Shown piece by piece: positions 35,431-48,960 of a DNA stretch of 64,000 bases. The stretch's first letter is position 1; the number at the start of each line of letters is the position of its first letter. Under the pieces are notes generated by a model that made no database searches, was not told the origin of the DNA, and saw only the letters and a program-made list of their open reading frames with translations. Source of the DNA: Camelus ferus (Eukaryota). The stretch is from positions 107,386,001 to 107,450,000 of the forward strand of contig NC_045697.1 of assembly GCF_009834535.1 (NCBI RefSeq). The letters run 5' to 3'. The translations under genes and the position numbers were made by a program.

Positions 35431-37689
35431 ATCTGTTTTTAACCCCAAACATAATACTTTCCACTTGGACCCAGCACTGCACAATTTAACACTTGAGGTT
35501 TTAAATATCACAAGTGGCCCTGAATCTCCAGGACATGTAGTAATTTGTCAATCTGTTGAGGCATGAAATAGGATTGCTGCTGCTGAGGAGTTGCTGAGCC
35601 AGTCAGGAGCCTGCCCGCCCGGGACCACATTGCTACATGATGTTGTTTAATGTGCATAACAAAGCTATAAATGAAGTCATATCATCCCCACTTTACAGAT
35701 GAAGAGTTTGATGAAATCACAAATTAGAGCAGAATTAGAGGATCTGGAGATTTTCAAAGGTCCAGTCATGTCTCTAGACTATCATCTTGTTTCTGACTCC
35801 AATGTAAAGAAGTGAACTCCCTGAAAGTAAGGACCTTATCTTTAATCTTGGCACCCGCCAGGGCACACACTGAACTTGACAATACAAGTACTCAATAAAT
35901 GGCTTCCTGATTAATGAAATTCCTAAGAATTCTGCCTTCCTTCACTGAAAGGGAATTTCCTGGAGGTCATGGCCTCCAACTTGATCCTGCTGAATTCCCA
36001 GTGCCTGGAAAAGCACCTATCTCATACAAATTAGAAGTATTTGTTAATTGACTACTTGTCTAACTCAGATTTGTGTTTGGCACCTGACACACATTTTCTT
36101 TTATTGATGGTTTTCTATAAATGTCTTTGAACATCAAAATAATGTACAAAAGTGTAAATAAGACCAATTTTGTAGATAATTAAAAATTCTTTTACATTTT
36201 CAACTTTTCTATTCTTTGGATTAACTTGAATATCGGTCTCCTTGATTATTATAGGAAGTTTTTATTCATAAAATACTGGGACAGAAATCTGTATTTAGTT
36301 TTGACTGTTAATTATCAATACACATACAACTGGAACACACAGGTAAGTGTACTTTTATATAATCATATTTGTCCTTAGGCTCAAGTAAGTTAAAAATAAT
36401 AATACTTAATTTACTAGTTTTTTTTAGACTAATACTTCATCTTACAGGATGAAAAAAACTTAGTCAAAAATAAACATAATCAGGGGAAATTTTTAATGAA
36501 AACTTTTATTATATTAAACTTAAAAGATTTGTTCTTGAGAGGGATAAAATTTTATGGTAGCAATAGGTCAAAGAAAGCAAGGTATTTGTTTTTCAATTTC
36601 TAGAATGTGCTGAGTATAAAAAGTGCCCTACCTCACAATGCTTCCTTCCTGAGGGATCCAGAAATAGACACATAAAAATCCAAATGCGAAACGCACACAT
36701 TTCTACTTAACAGCTCCTTGCCCTTTTCCCTCATTAGCTTCAGAACTGAGCTTGCTCAGATAGTCACTAATAACTATGCGCCCCACGTATATTTAGAAGC
36801 CACCTTGCAGAGGCATTTGTCTTTGCCTCTAAATGTAGAGTTTCAATAAGCATTTCAGTTACTGTTTCTTACAGAGCCCAAAAGCCCCCACTCTGTAAAA
36901 TTAATCACTTTCACTTTTTAAAAATATTGAATTGTCATGTGGTGAGGGATGACAAAAGCATTTGGGACTGTTTCTCTATATGTCATTCAATAAGAGGAAA
37001 TTTACTAATGATTGTTTAAACAATTTAGATATAATATATGGATAAATATATAATAAAGAAAAAACAGTTTCAGTTTTGTCTTTGTGAAATTTGGGGATAT
37101 GTTAACAAACGGGAACATTTTACTGAATCCTAACACATCCTGAGTATGCTCAGATAGTCACGTAAGTGGTGTGACCAAAATCATCTCCCCATCAGTGCTC
37201 TGCCACCCTAAAAAGTCAACAATGGAATAAAGTCACTAAAGGTTTTCTTAGCATGCAAACATTTTAACTGTAAGTCACTCTGTTAATTTGATCTATGAAT
37301 TCATTATCACTCATGTCATCCAGAGGTAACTATAGCCCAGAAAAAATGGCACACATAAAAGGTAAGTTTTTCATGAAGAAAGTTCTGCTAGAGAAAAAGA
37401 CTCAACTCCTGATATACCAAAGTAGCCAAGAATGACTGCTTCACCACCTTCCTCTACAGCTAGTTTCCATCCCAAGGAATAGTAACTTTGAGTTGTTAAA
37501 AGAGGTAAAGAAATTTAGCAAGTGGTGTCAGTCAAACCTCACACATATTTCATGTTAAGTGATGGTTCTAAAAGACAAATCCCCAAAGTTCTCATCTATA
37601 GCATGAAAGAGGCAAAGATTTAGATCAGGTCGAAAGCAAAGTATAACCTTGTAAATAAATTAAGAAAATATTTCCTCCATTTCTGAGTT

Positions 37690-39490
37690 AGGGTAGAAGA
37701 TCAAACATAAGCATTTATTTCACTCCTTCCCAAATACCACCACAATTGAAGAAGTACAGGAAAAAACAGACAGGAGCATCAAAAATTTGGAAGCTGAAAA
37801 CAAAATACACCAATGGTAACTGACTTAGACACAAGAAACCTGAATCCCAAGACATCAGTAGGAAAACTGAAATCTAACTCAATTTATTCTACAGGATCTT
37901 CAAAAAAAAAAAAAAAATTGGAAGTGGCAACAGCAAGAACTTCTGAAAATTGTAGTTAGGAAGACTAGGGTAAAAGCAGTTTGACCTCCCCTCTTCAGTG
38001 GGAGCAACTGCTCTTCCTCAAGCCAGGTGATAGATCAGACATTTATTCCTCTGAAGAAAATAAAACTTGAGGTCTTTAGATCAGGAAAGTGCCTGGCACA
38101 GTTGAGGGGATAGGTTTTGTACCCCAACAGGTGAACTTATTAATTTTATGCATATTATATGCTTACAGTAGAGACCCTCACCCCTCTTCCCTTAATCAGT
38201 GCCCAGAATGCTAGCAACCAGGCACTTATCCACCTAGCCAGAGACTGGGCATCTCTTTCCAGGTGAATCTAACCCAAGAGTTAAACTTGCCACCTTAGTC
38301 ACCCTACAGTGACGTATAGTTGCTAAATCCCATATTCAGCAATTCAATGAGTTTTTTAGTCTCTCATGCTTAATCGTAGGTTACATAATCAAGGATTACC
38401 AGTCACTGTGAGAATCTCCTAATGTGAAAGATACAGACAAATACAAGCAGAAAAAAAGTGATCTGGAGGAATTAAAGACTATTTAGGGAGATGAAAACAT
38501 TAAAAGAAGAAAGTCATTAATGTCTTTAGAGCTAATTAAAAAAATATAGCATCCATGAAACAAGAACAGGATGCCACGGAAAAGAAATTCTCAGGGAACA
38601 AAAAAGAGTCCTTGGGAAATAAAAGCTTGATAGAAGGGGGAAAAAAATCTTAAAAGATGGGTTAGAAGATAAAGTTGAAGAAAGCATCCCTGAAAGTAGA
38701 ACAGAAAGAGAGAGAGATGGGAAATAGGAGAAAAAAGATAATAAAACTGCAGAAACAGAAAAAATAGAACATAGAAAATCATTAAAATTATTAAAGAAAA
38801 ACTACCAGAATGTAAGGACTTATGTTTCCAGATGAAAAGAACCCATGAAGTGCTGAGGGAAACAGATGAAGATAAGATTCATAACAAGTCATGTGTGAAA
38901 TTTCAGAACACCTGGACACAGAAACGATTGCACTCGCTTTCAGGAAAAAAGGTAAATATGTTGGTTACACACAAAGGATAAACAAACACAACAACTTTGG
39001 ACTCCTCCACAGCAGCACTGGAAGCAAGAAGAGAGGCTTTCAAGAAGCAAGAAAAATATGTTCAAAATCTGTGCAAAATGATCTTCAACCTAGAATCCTA
39101 TCCTCAGAAATTATTAATCAAGAATGAGGATTGAACAGAGATATTTTTAGACATTTTCAAGATCTCAATTTATTCCCTACTTAACTTTTTTTTTTAATCA
39201 GTCTTTTTTGGGGGGGAGGGTAATTAGATTTTTATTTATTGTAATTATTTATTTTAATGGAGGTACTGGGAATGGAAACCAAGACCTTGTGCATGCTAAG
39301 CACATGCGCTACCACTAAGCTGTACCCTCCCCCTGACTTTTCTTTTCTTAAGATGCTACTGGAGGATATGCTTCACCAATATGGGAGAATAAACCAAGAA
39401 AGAGGAAGACCTGGAACCCAGGGAGCAAGAGAGGGAATCCCAGATGATAGCTGTGCCCCACACATGGGGGGTAAGCCGTCAGGTAGGGCA
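37690..39490 (+). mobile_element. HAL1 (half-L1, ORF1-like) relic
   Basis: atccatgaaacaagaacaggatgc...agaagataaagttgaagaaa...gtagaacagaaa and aaaccaagaaagaggaagac motifs recalled from the HAL1 consensus; purine-rich, no intact ORF. Confidence 0.65.
39186..39333 (-). mobile_element. tRNA-derived SINE (Vic-1-like)
   Basis: gggagggtaattag...atggaggtactggg...gcatgctaagcacatg...ctgtaccctcccc. Confidence 0.85.
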
Positions 39491-41274
39491 GTATGACTCA
39501 AGAATCAGACACAGGAAACACTTGTCTTCACCAGTCCTCGGCCATTATACCCTTCTTCAGCCGAGGATTCCTGTGTGAGCCTGACCCAGATTCTCATCTG
39601 CGTTTGGATATCTCTCCTGTATTGATGAAGCTCTACTCTCCTCTTCATCTAAGGACAGTCTTTCCACCCCAGAAGGATTCTGGTTTGACTTACTCCTAAG
39701 AACTAGAAGTAGACCACACAGTTAAAAGTAGAAACTACAGAGCAGCCCTCGCTGTCTGGCCAAACTTCAGCTGTGTGACCAGTATCTGGCCCACACCACA
39801 TTCGTGTCAGATAGGTGCATTATATTAAGCTTTCTGCTTCCCAGGAGTTACTACAGACAGAGGAAGTCTCTTGTAAACACTTAGAGGAACTGAAGCCAGA
39901 CTATGACCCAGAAACTCTGTTCAGCCTATTTTTTCTGATAGCCTTCAACAAATGATGACAATATTACCTTTTCCTTATATAACTAGGTTTGTGCTTGCTA
40001 CTCTAGTTTTCAAAATTAAATAATATATTCTTTAGGGACAGGTATAAGAATGGTGGGGCTTTAGGAAAGCAAATGAATGGTGGACACAAAATCAAAATAA
40101 TCATTTTCTCTGAGGAGAAAGAGTGAGATGTGACAGAGAGGAGCACACAGAGCACTGGTACTAGTAATGCGGTTTCTTCACCCAGGTGGTGGGTACACAA
40201 ACTTATTCTGATTACTTAAAACTATGTGTGTATTTATACACCATTCCATATAAGTGAAATAGGCATTTTAATAAAAATTATCTAACTGCATTTTATTAAA
40301 AGATGCTTCTATTTTATTACCAACTTTGATTTCAGATCTTAGTCAAAATGTTTATAAAACTTCATCTCTCTTGGTGTATTATTTATTTCAAATAAAAACA
40401 TTTAGGAAAAAAACCCCTCATCTCTCCTAAACTCATGGAATGTTCCATTCAAAAGGAAACAAATGATATAATATTACTACTACGTAGAAAGCAGAGAGCA
40501 ATTTCCTCTCAAATAAGCCCCTGACTGGCAATATACTTGGTTATATCATAGACATAAAAAATTAGGTATATTTTCTCAATGTTTATGATAATTCTATAAG
40601 CAGCTTTGATAAACAAACATCATATATTAATACATATATTAATAATAATATTTAACTAGGTAATTTATTTAAAGTGTATTAAAAATCAGAAGATCTAATG
40701 TTGCCCCTAATTTACCAATCTCAGGTACTATTTATCCTTCTTAAAACACTGAAGTATATACAGAATTCAGATTTACTTATTAAATCAATTGTGGCAATCT
40801 TAAGTGAATCTGCTTAGCTCTGTTTTGAGACTAGCTAATAAAATATAGTGGTATCTTGATGTCCCTGTTTTGGATTTTGGTTTGTTTTATATTTAATCCC
40901 TGAATCATTGCTTAGATCAATCAGCTAAAGGAATTTTATGAAGGTTCATAAAACACATAAATATTTTTCTAGCTTGACTAAGTATAAGCCTAGGTTAAGA
41001 CAATTTTAATTTTCCTCTGGACACATTGCCTCAGTCAAGTATCTACTTTTATCTATGTCCAGGGATTTTCTAACTCATGGCTCATTAAAACTGCAATTTA
41101 CCCTCTACCTGAAAATTGCTAATTATATCTGCATTTTCTAAAATGTACCACATTTGCAAGCAATTGTGAATCCAAAACTAAAAATAAGTAATTTGTTCTA
41201 GGTATCAATAGCCTAAGTATTTTCCATATATAAGTCCTTACTATAAAAAGTGAGGTATTACTAATTAATTTCTT

Positions 41275-42440
41275 AATTAAACAAAATTTTATTTAGTATC
41301 TACTGTGTGTGCCAGGTTCTATACTAGGTACAGTATTATTAGTACAACACTGTACCAGGTACAGTGGATAAAACAGAAATCTTTGACCTCAGAGCTTTTA
41401 TTCTAATGGGGGGACTGACAATAAAAAATATACGTACATAAGATGACATGTAATAAGGTAAGAAGAAATGTAGAGGAAAACATAGCAGGCAAGAATGTGT
41501 ATGTCATGACAACTGCAATTTTAAATGCTGTTCATAAGAAAGACGTCGCTGCGAAAGTGGTATGTGAGCAGTTAGGTGATAAGGATGTAAGACCTGAGGC
41601 TCTCTGGAAGAAGAGCATTTTAAGCAGAGAGAATGGCCAAGTAAAAAACCCTGAGATGGGAGTATGGCTGGTATGTTTGCAGAACCAGAAGGCCAGTGTG
41701 ACTAAATTGGAATGAGTGAAGACTGTTGTAGATGAGATCAGAAAAATAAGGGGCCAGATCATGGATGGCCTTGTCGGCCACAGTAAGGAGTGTGATGGAA
41801 ACCGGAGCGTGGACATGGTTGGCATTTTTGTTGTTGTTGAACACATGAATGCCTTATTTTAATATAATTAACTACATTACTTTATTAATACAAAATCATT
41901 ATTTCTTTTTTTTTTGGTTTTTATTTATTTATTTAAATTTACTTTTCTTCTAGTTTAATTGAGATACAATCTCTTCCAGTTTTATTGAGATATTGAGATA
42001 TAATACAGCACTTGTATACACTTAACATGTATAGCATACTTATTTGACTTACATACATACATACATCATGAAATGTTGTATAATGTTCACAGTAAGTTCA
42101 GTGAACATCCATCATCTCATATAAATAAAAAATTAAAGAAATAGAAAAAAACGAGAAGCTGGCATTTCTTTTTAAGAGTTGCTCTGGCTGCTGCAATTCA
42201 GAATAGGCTGAAGGCAGGGCAAAAGCCAAAGTACAAAGGCCAGTTAGAGGAATCCAGGGAAAAGATGATGACGACTTTGACCAGGGTCAAGTGGTAAGAA
42301 GTGGTCAGGGCTCTGAATATACTTTAAAGATAGAGCTGATAGGTTTTAGGTGGGGAATATGAAAAAAGAAATCAGTCGAAGATAATTCTAAAGTGAGCTA
42401 CTGGAAGAATTCAGTTGCCATTACTGAGGTGGGGAAGGCC
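41275..42440 (-). mobile_element. L2 fragment with a nested L1 3' piece (~41900-42150)
   Basis: tatctactgtgtgtgccagg...ggggccagatcatggatggccttgt.ggccacagtaaggagt...ctctggctgctg...gttgccatttactgag. Confidence 0.75.
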
Positions 42441-43319
42441 ACATTTTATCATGAATATGAGCCTCTGGGTTTATAAATGCTGTAAATTTATTTCTAAAGA
42501 ATGCTTCCTTAGTTAGCAAAGTGTTTTATGGTGAAAGATAATTATACCTAAAAAGCAACCTGAATTAGAGTGTGACCTTTTTTTTTTTTATTCCTGAGGA
42601 TCTGGTAAATGAAAAAAACATTCACAATTGTTCTTTAAAAAAAGGCACTTCTTACATAATTGCTAAGTGCAATTTGCAATCTTTGCTCCAGTTGAGCTGC
42701 TTAAGTCTTTGTTGTCTCATTGTGGGTGTTAAAGTGCTGGTGGTACATGCTGGTACTGTCTGCATAGCACTTTAATTGTAGGGATTATCTCTTAGCCTGT
42801 CTGTCTTCTGATTTTTAATTATCTTTAGAGAAAATTATACACAGAATTTCTACAATGATTACCCACTGTCCTACACTGGTAACTCCAAAACCTGTTCATT
42901 ATAATGCTAAAAGGACAAGAATATGTTCTTCACCCCACTTCACAGGGTCTATTTCACAGTCATGTCCATTTCCATTTCAACAAATAATCCAAATCTAAAA
43001 ATATATGCTCTTCTCTTCCGTTTTTATTTCTCGAAAGGTAAAATTTTTTGTTTTCAGAGCTCTACTCTTGTTTTGACAGTGATTATTGTGCCTACATTTT
43101 ATTCTGGTATTCTTTAATGGAAATGTATTGTTTATTTCTATAAAGTGAGTTTTGTTTTGCTTTTAAGATTCTAGAATTCTTTTTTATTGCCATGGTAAAT
43201 ATTGGTTTGTTTTACATTCTTTTTAACCTTAAAATGAATATGGAATAATATGTTAGAGTTGACTGGAAGTTTGGAAGTAATCCAACTCTACCTGATGTTT
43301 AAGCAGGTACCCTGGCCAT

Positions 43320-43905
43320 TTATTTTAACCATTTCCAGTATCAGAGAACTCACTACACCACACAGCAGTCCACTGCATTGTTAAAGAGCTCTAACTGCTA
43401 GAAAATTCTTTCTCACAAGTTGTTAAAGTTGCCCTTCCTATATCCTCTATTCATAAATCCCTGGAACAACAAAAAGCACAACTGCCTTTGACTCAGACAT
43501 TGAGTTATATTCTCAGGTCGGCGAGTAACTTGCCATGTGATGTTAGGTCAGAATCATGACCACTCTGAGCTTCATTACACCATCTGATCTGTAAAATGAG
43601 GAGGTTGGACCATGAATACCTCTTTCAGATCTTAAGTTCCAGAATTCTAGTAGCTCTTCCACAGGATCTTGCGATATATGAGGGTAGCTATCAAATTCCT
43701 CCCTCAATTTACTTTTTTTCCCCACCCTGATGCCCTAGTTCACTCAAAGATTCCTTGTATAACGTGGTTTCTAGCTCCTTCACAATCCTTATAGCCCTTC
43801 CCTGGATATACTCCAGATTATCAACATGCTGGGTAGCACCCAGAACTAAAGAATATAAATGTTCTAGATGTGATCTGGGTACTGAGTTCCACATTACTAG
43901 CACTT
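43320..43905 (-). mobile_element. CR1/L3 LINE fragment (resumes at ~44580-44680)
   Basis: The ORF at 43709-43903 (RSHLEH...VDNLEYIQGRAIRIVKELETTLYKESLSELG) resembles the CR1 post-RT motif RPHLEY...LERVQRRATRM..GLE...YEERL.ELG. Confidence 0.75.
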
Positions 43906-43908
43906 CAT

Positions 43909-44575
43909 TGTCCTTAAATTAGTTACCCATTTCTGCATAAGCAATACCCCCAAATTCAACAGTTTTAAACAGCAACAAACATTTATTAACTCACAATTCT
44001 GTGGGCCAGGAAATTCGGACAGGGTTTACCTGAGTGATTCTGGCTCAAATTCTCTCATTGACTGGGGCTGTAGTCATCTCAATACTCAACTAGGGCTGAA
44101 GGATCTCTTGTAAACTCACTCATGTAGTTGTTAGCAAGCTCAACTTTCTCCTGGGATATTGGATAGAGGGCCTCAGTTCCTCATTACATCACATAGGTCT
44201 CTCTGTAGGACTGCTTACATCATGATGCATCATGAAAGTTTGCTCACTCCAGGGCAAGTGATTGTAGGGAAGAGGGGAGAGGGAGAGAGAGAGAGAGGGA
44301 GAGGATCAGTTTCTTTCCTTCTTTCTTTTCTTTTAAAAAAATTCCACAGGTATTTATTGGTTATTGGAAACGTTATCAGCCAATTCTCTAGACATGGGGG
44401 ATACTTAATGAACAGAACTGACAAATTCCTTGCTCTTCTTTATAATACAATCTCAGAGGGAGCATCCCATCACTTCTGCCATACCCTGCTTGTTAGAATT
44501 GAGTCACTTGGTCCAGCCCACAGGATTATACATACACATTGAACATCAGGAGCAGGAGGCACTAAGACTGCCTAT
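43909..44575 (-). mobile_element. MaLR LTR (MLT1F/G-like)
   Basis: ttaaacagcaacaaacatttattaactcacaattctgtgggccaggaa...ccatcacttctgccata antisense MLT1 pattern. Confidence 0.72.
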
Positions 44576-45984
44576 TTCAGTTGTGAACACCCATCTCTTT
44601 ACAAATGCAGCCTAAGATTGCATAATGGTTTCATGCCAATGGTTCATGTTAAACGTCTAGTCAATTAAAACACAAAGTTTCTGTTTGTTTGTTTTACAAA
44701 GCCATTGATTTTGCACTTAATCTTTTGACCTTAAGGACAGGAATTATCTCTGACATTTAATTTGTCTCTAACATATTTTTGAAAGTTACCCCCTATATAC
44801 TATAATTTAAATCCTTGTTAGAGAAGAGGGAGGCTTTGAAGACACATTTTTCAGATGTCCATCAATTTACTTTCAGTAACTCCTGTGGTATTTCCTGAGG
44901 GCTAGGGGGTTTAAAGTAGTATTGTGAGTAAGTGTAATGTCTTGTCTTATTAAGCCTCAGAGTTCTTATAAAACTTGATAAACATTCTTTATTAAATTAA
45001 TACAGGATGACTATAAATAAACTATTATATCTGCGTTGGTTTCCACGGGCCTTTTCAATGTCTGAATACCCAAGCCTTGCAAGAACTAAACAGGAGTTCA
45101 TGTCTATTCTACTTTCTATTTCTTTGAGTTACTTAAAGCCACTGTTATTTATGATAAAAAATCTTATTTTTCTAAACCAGTTAAAATAAAATTAACATTA
45201 CATATAATCCCCACTTAGAGATTTTGTTCTTCTCATTTGCTTTCTAATTAAAGGGTTTTAGTGTATAAAGAGAACATACAAAGAAAAAAAATTATACAAT
45301 TAATTTTTAGACTAAAGAGACAGCATATTTCATTACATTTAAAAAATAAGCAATTAAAAAATATATTTCATGTTATAATCTTGTCTCCTTCAGTTTCTAA
45401 ATAATTCCTTTTCCCTTTACAGAGAAAAGAGCACCTAAAAATAAATATGAATAAAATGACATCTTTAAATGTTGTAAGCGTGTTGTACTGGTTTTGCAAA
45501 ATATGAAATAAACATCTTTTGAATGGCTATTTTTAGTAGCATAGTACAGCTGTGTACTGTAAATTAAGGGAATGCATTTCAAGTTAGGAATCACTGGTTT
45601 GATTCAGAAATCCAATCAAAATCAAATCATGTAAGTTTTTGATAAGTGGGAGAAATAAAGAGCTTTCAAATTTGTATCTTTTTCTTCAACAGGAAGAATT
45701 ATTTTATTAAGAGTCAGATGACCTGGACTCCTGACATGGTGGTGCCTCTATGGTGTGACCTTATACCAGTTATTGATTTCTCTATATCTTGGTTACTGGT
45801 CTGTGAAAGGAAGTGGCTGGACCAAAGTTTCTTTCAGACTTCAAAGTTTCTGATTCAGTGAATTTCCTACTGTTCCCAGTCTCTTTTCTGATAATTTCAA
45901 TTTCAAAGTAGAGAAGGGAAGCACAGGCAAATGAAGTGTGCATCTGGGCGCTGGTCCACAGCTATACTTGGGAATTTTCATTCA

Positions 45985-46265
45985 TTTTTTTTAAAGATAG
46001 TTGTTTTTTAGAGCAGTTTCAGGTTTGTAATAAAATAATATACCCCTCACCCTGCACATGCATAGCCACTCCTATTATCAATACCATCCACTAGAATGCT
46101 ACATTTTTACCACAGATGAACCTACATTAACACATAATCACCTAAAGCCCGCAGTTTACCTTAGGGTTCAATCCTGGTTTTGTACATTCTATGGGTTTGG
46201 ACAAAAGTATAATGACATAAATCTATCATTATAATACCAGATAAGAGTATTTTCACTGCCCTTTA
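45985..46265 (-). mobile_element. L1MC-like 3' fragment
   Basis: tttttagagcagtttcaggttt...gatgaacctacatt...gtacattctatgggtttggacaaa. Confidence 0.75.
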
Positions 46266-47441
46266 ATCATTCATTTTTTTTTAAATGTCATCGTTTGGAT
46301 TATAAAATGCATAATCTAAACGAGAAGTTCAAATATTTCAGAAATGTATATTTCAGAAAATAAAAGTTAACTATAATCACTCCTAGGAGAAATCTGATGG
46401 TTTTTTGCACAAACCTCTAGGTTTTAAATGCATATTTTAACCCACATATTAATTAATTCTAACCTAACCTGAATATTTACTGAGCATCTATTATGTACTC
46501 AGATTATATAAAATCATATAAATATTAATTTTAGAGAAATGCAATTGCATTATTCATCCAATACACATTATTTAAACCACTTTCTTTTTTCATCTAATGA
46601 GGAATCTTGGAATATTACACGGTTTTCTGTTGCCCCTTTAATGGATTAATGGGTTGTTTTTAATTTTTATCATAATGAGTAAACTTTCAGTGACTATTCT
46701 TATGATCACATCTTCACACACTTGTGAAAATATTTCTCTAAGATAGATTCTTTGAAATGGAATTGCAGCACTAGAATGTATACATATTTAAAATTATAAT
46801 CAGAAAATAACTTCTCTTTATTATATTAATGTATACTTCCTTAATTTTTGGTAAGGTTGAGCATCTTTTCATAAATTCATTTGACCTTCTTCCATGATTC
46901 ATTATCTATGGGACTCTCATCTACACTTAATAAGGAATGGTGACAAATTTAATAAATGAAAAATTTAATTGGAACCTAAATGTCTCCCTTTTAAAAAGTC
47001 CTACTTAAAAAAAGAGACAGAGACTGAATTCTCTGGACAACTTACACTTTGTTCCTTTTGAAATCTCTTTGACAGGCTGGAAACAAATTGGCTGGCACAA
47101 ATTAAATATAAGTGCTAATTGTGACTCCACCCCTAGTCAGTGGCAATAAATATGCTATTATTTTAATTGCACCCATCACCACCTCAAGGACATTCAGAGA
47201 GATCTCCAGAGGTAGCTAACTTGTTGTTTCAATGCAGAGAACAGTAAGGAAAAAACAAGTAAGTGTGTAAATCATGGGGAAAATATTTAAGAGTGTAAAA
47301 TGTGAATCTGGATATGATTCATCACTGTTGTTAGTCATATTTTTCTATATACTTCTTGCTTTGATTCTAAACTTACTTCTAGAATTAAAATTTTGTTACA
47401 GTACAATAACAGAACCTGAATAGAAAATTGAATTGCTTTTT

Positions 47442-47619
47442 TTTGAAAAAATTTTTTTTGCAGGGGAGGTAATTAGGTTTATTTATTTCTCTAATTTATA
47501 TTCTTTTTTTTAATTGAAGTATAGTTATTTATTAATTTTTTTAATGGCAGTACTGGGGATTGAACCTAGGACCTCACGCATGCTAGGCATGCACTCTACC
47601 ACTGAGCTATACCCTCCCC
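47442..47619 (-). mobile_element. tRNA-derived SINE (Vic-1-like)
   Basis: SINE head and tail; 15-bp TSD attgaattgcttttt at 47427-47441 and 47620-47634. Confidence 0.9.
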
Positions 47620-47634
47620 ATTGAATTGCTTTTT

Positions 47635-48960
47635 TACTGAGACATAATTCACATATCATACAATTCAGTAATTTTAGTATACTCAGAGTTATGGACCATC
47701 ATCATTACCTAATTTGAGAACCTTTTTATCACCCCCTAAAAGAAATCCCATATTCATTAGCAGTTACTTCTTGTTTCTCTGTCTCCCCACACACCTGGCA
47801 AACACAAATCTATTTTTTAACTCAGTGAATTTACCTGTTCTGGAAATGTCATACACCTTGTGGCCTTTTGTGTCTGGCTTTTTTCACTTAACATAGTGTT
47901 TTCAAGGTTCATCCATGTGCAGCCTGTATCAATACTTCATCCATTTCGCAACCTGTCTTAGTCACTTCAGAGTGTCATAACAAAATACCATAGACTGGGT
48001 TCCTTAAACAACAGACACTTAATTTTCATAGTTTTGGAAGCTGTGAAGTCCAAGATCAGGATGCTGGCAGATTTACTTTTTGGTGAAGGCCCTCTTCCTG
48101 GGCTTGCAATCAGCCAGCTTTAGTGGAGAGAGCATGCTCTAGTGTCTCTTCGTTTTCTTATAAGGACACTACTCCCATCATGGGGGCTCTACTCTCACAA
48201 CTTCATCTAAATCTAATTACCTCTCAAAGGCCCCACTTCCTAAGACTGTCACACTGAGGATAAGGGCTTCAACCTATCAGTTTGCGAGGGGTGGACACAA
48301 AGATTCAGTCTCTAACATGACCCAGTAATATTCCAGTGTGTGGAAATACCACATTTAGTTTATCCATTCATTAGTTGACAGGCATATGTTTGTTCCCACT
48401 TTTTTGCTCTTATGAATAATGCTGCTAGGAACACTTGTGGACAAGTTTTGTGTGGACACGTTTTTGGTTCTCTTGGATATATACCTAGAAGTAGAATTAC
48501 TAGCTCATATAATAACTCATCTAATAATTCGAGGAATTGTCAATCTGATTTCCCAAATGGCTGCACCATTTTACAATACTGTCAGCAATATATTAGGATT
48601 CTGATTTCTCAAAATCTTCACCAACACTTGTTATTGTCTATCTCTTTTATTATAACCATTTATTCTAGTAGGTGTGACGTGGTATCTCATTGTGGTTTTG
48701 ATTTGTATTTCCCTAATGATGACTAATGTTGAGTGTATTTTCACGTGCTTATTGGTCATTTGTGCATCTTCTTTAGAGAAATGTCTATGTGAATCCTTTG
48801 CCCATTTTAATTGGGTTATTTGTCTTTAAGTGTAAGAATTCTTTATATATTCTGGATACAAATCCCTTATCAGATTTATGATTTACAAAAATTTTCTCCC
48901 ATTATTTGGGATGTCTTTTTACTTTCTTGATAGTGTCATTTGAAGCACAAAATTTTTTTA
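47635..48960 (-). mobile_element. L1MB-like 3' portion interrupted by MLT1A
   Basis: ggtatctcattgtggttttgatttgtatttccctaatga and related antisense L1 motifs. Confidence 0.85.
47954..48317 (-). mobile_element. MaLR LTR (MLT1A-like)
   Basis: TGTCTTAGTC...cataacaaaataccatagactggg...aagtccaagatcagg...ttcagtctcTAACA; flanks caacc / tgacc. Confidence 0.85.

Noticed and set aside
39495..39720. Unique stretch with an 8-bp inverted repeat (tcctcggc/gccgagga) and short ORFs, considered as a pseudogene or ncRNA
   Set aside because: No recognisable protein or RNA family; the stem is too short to be significant without a search.
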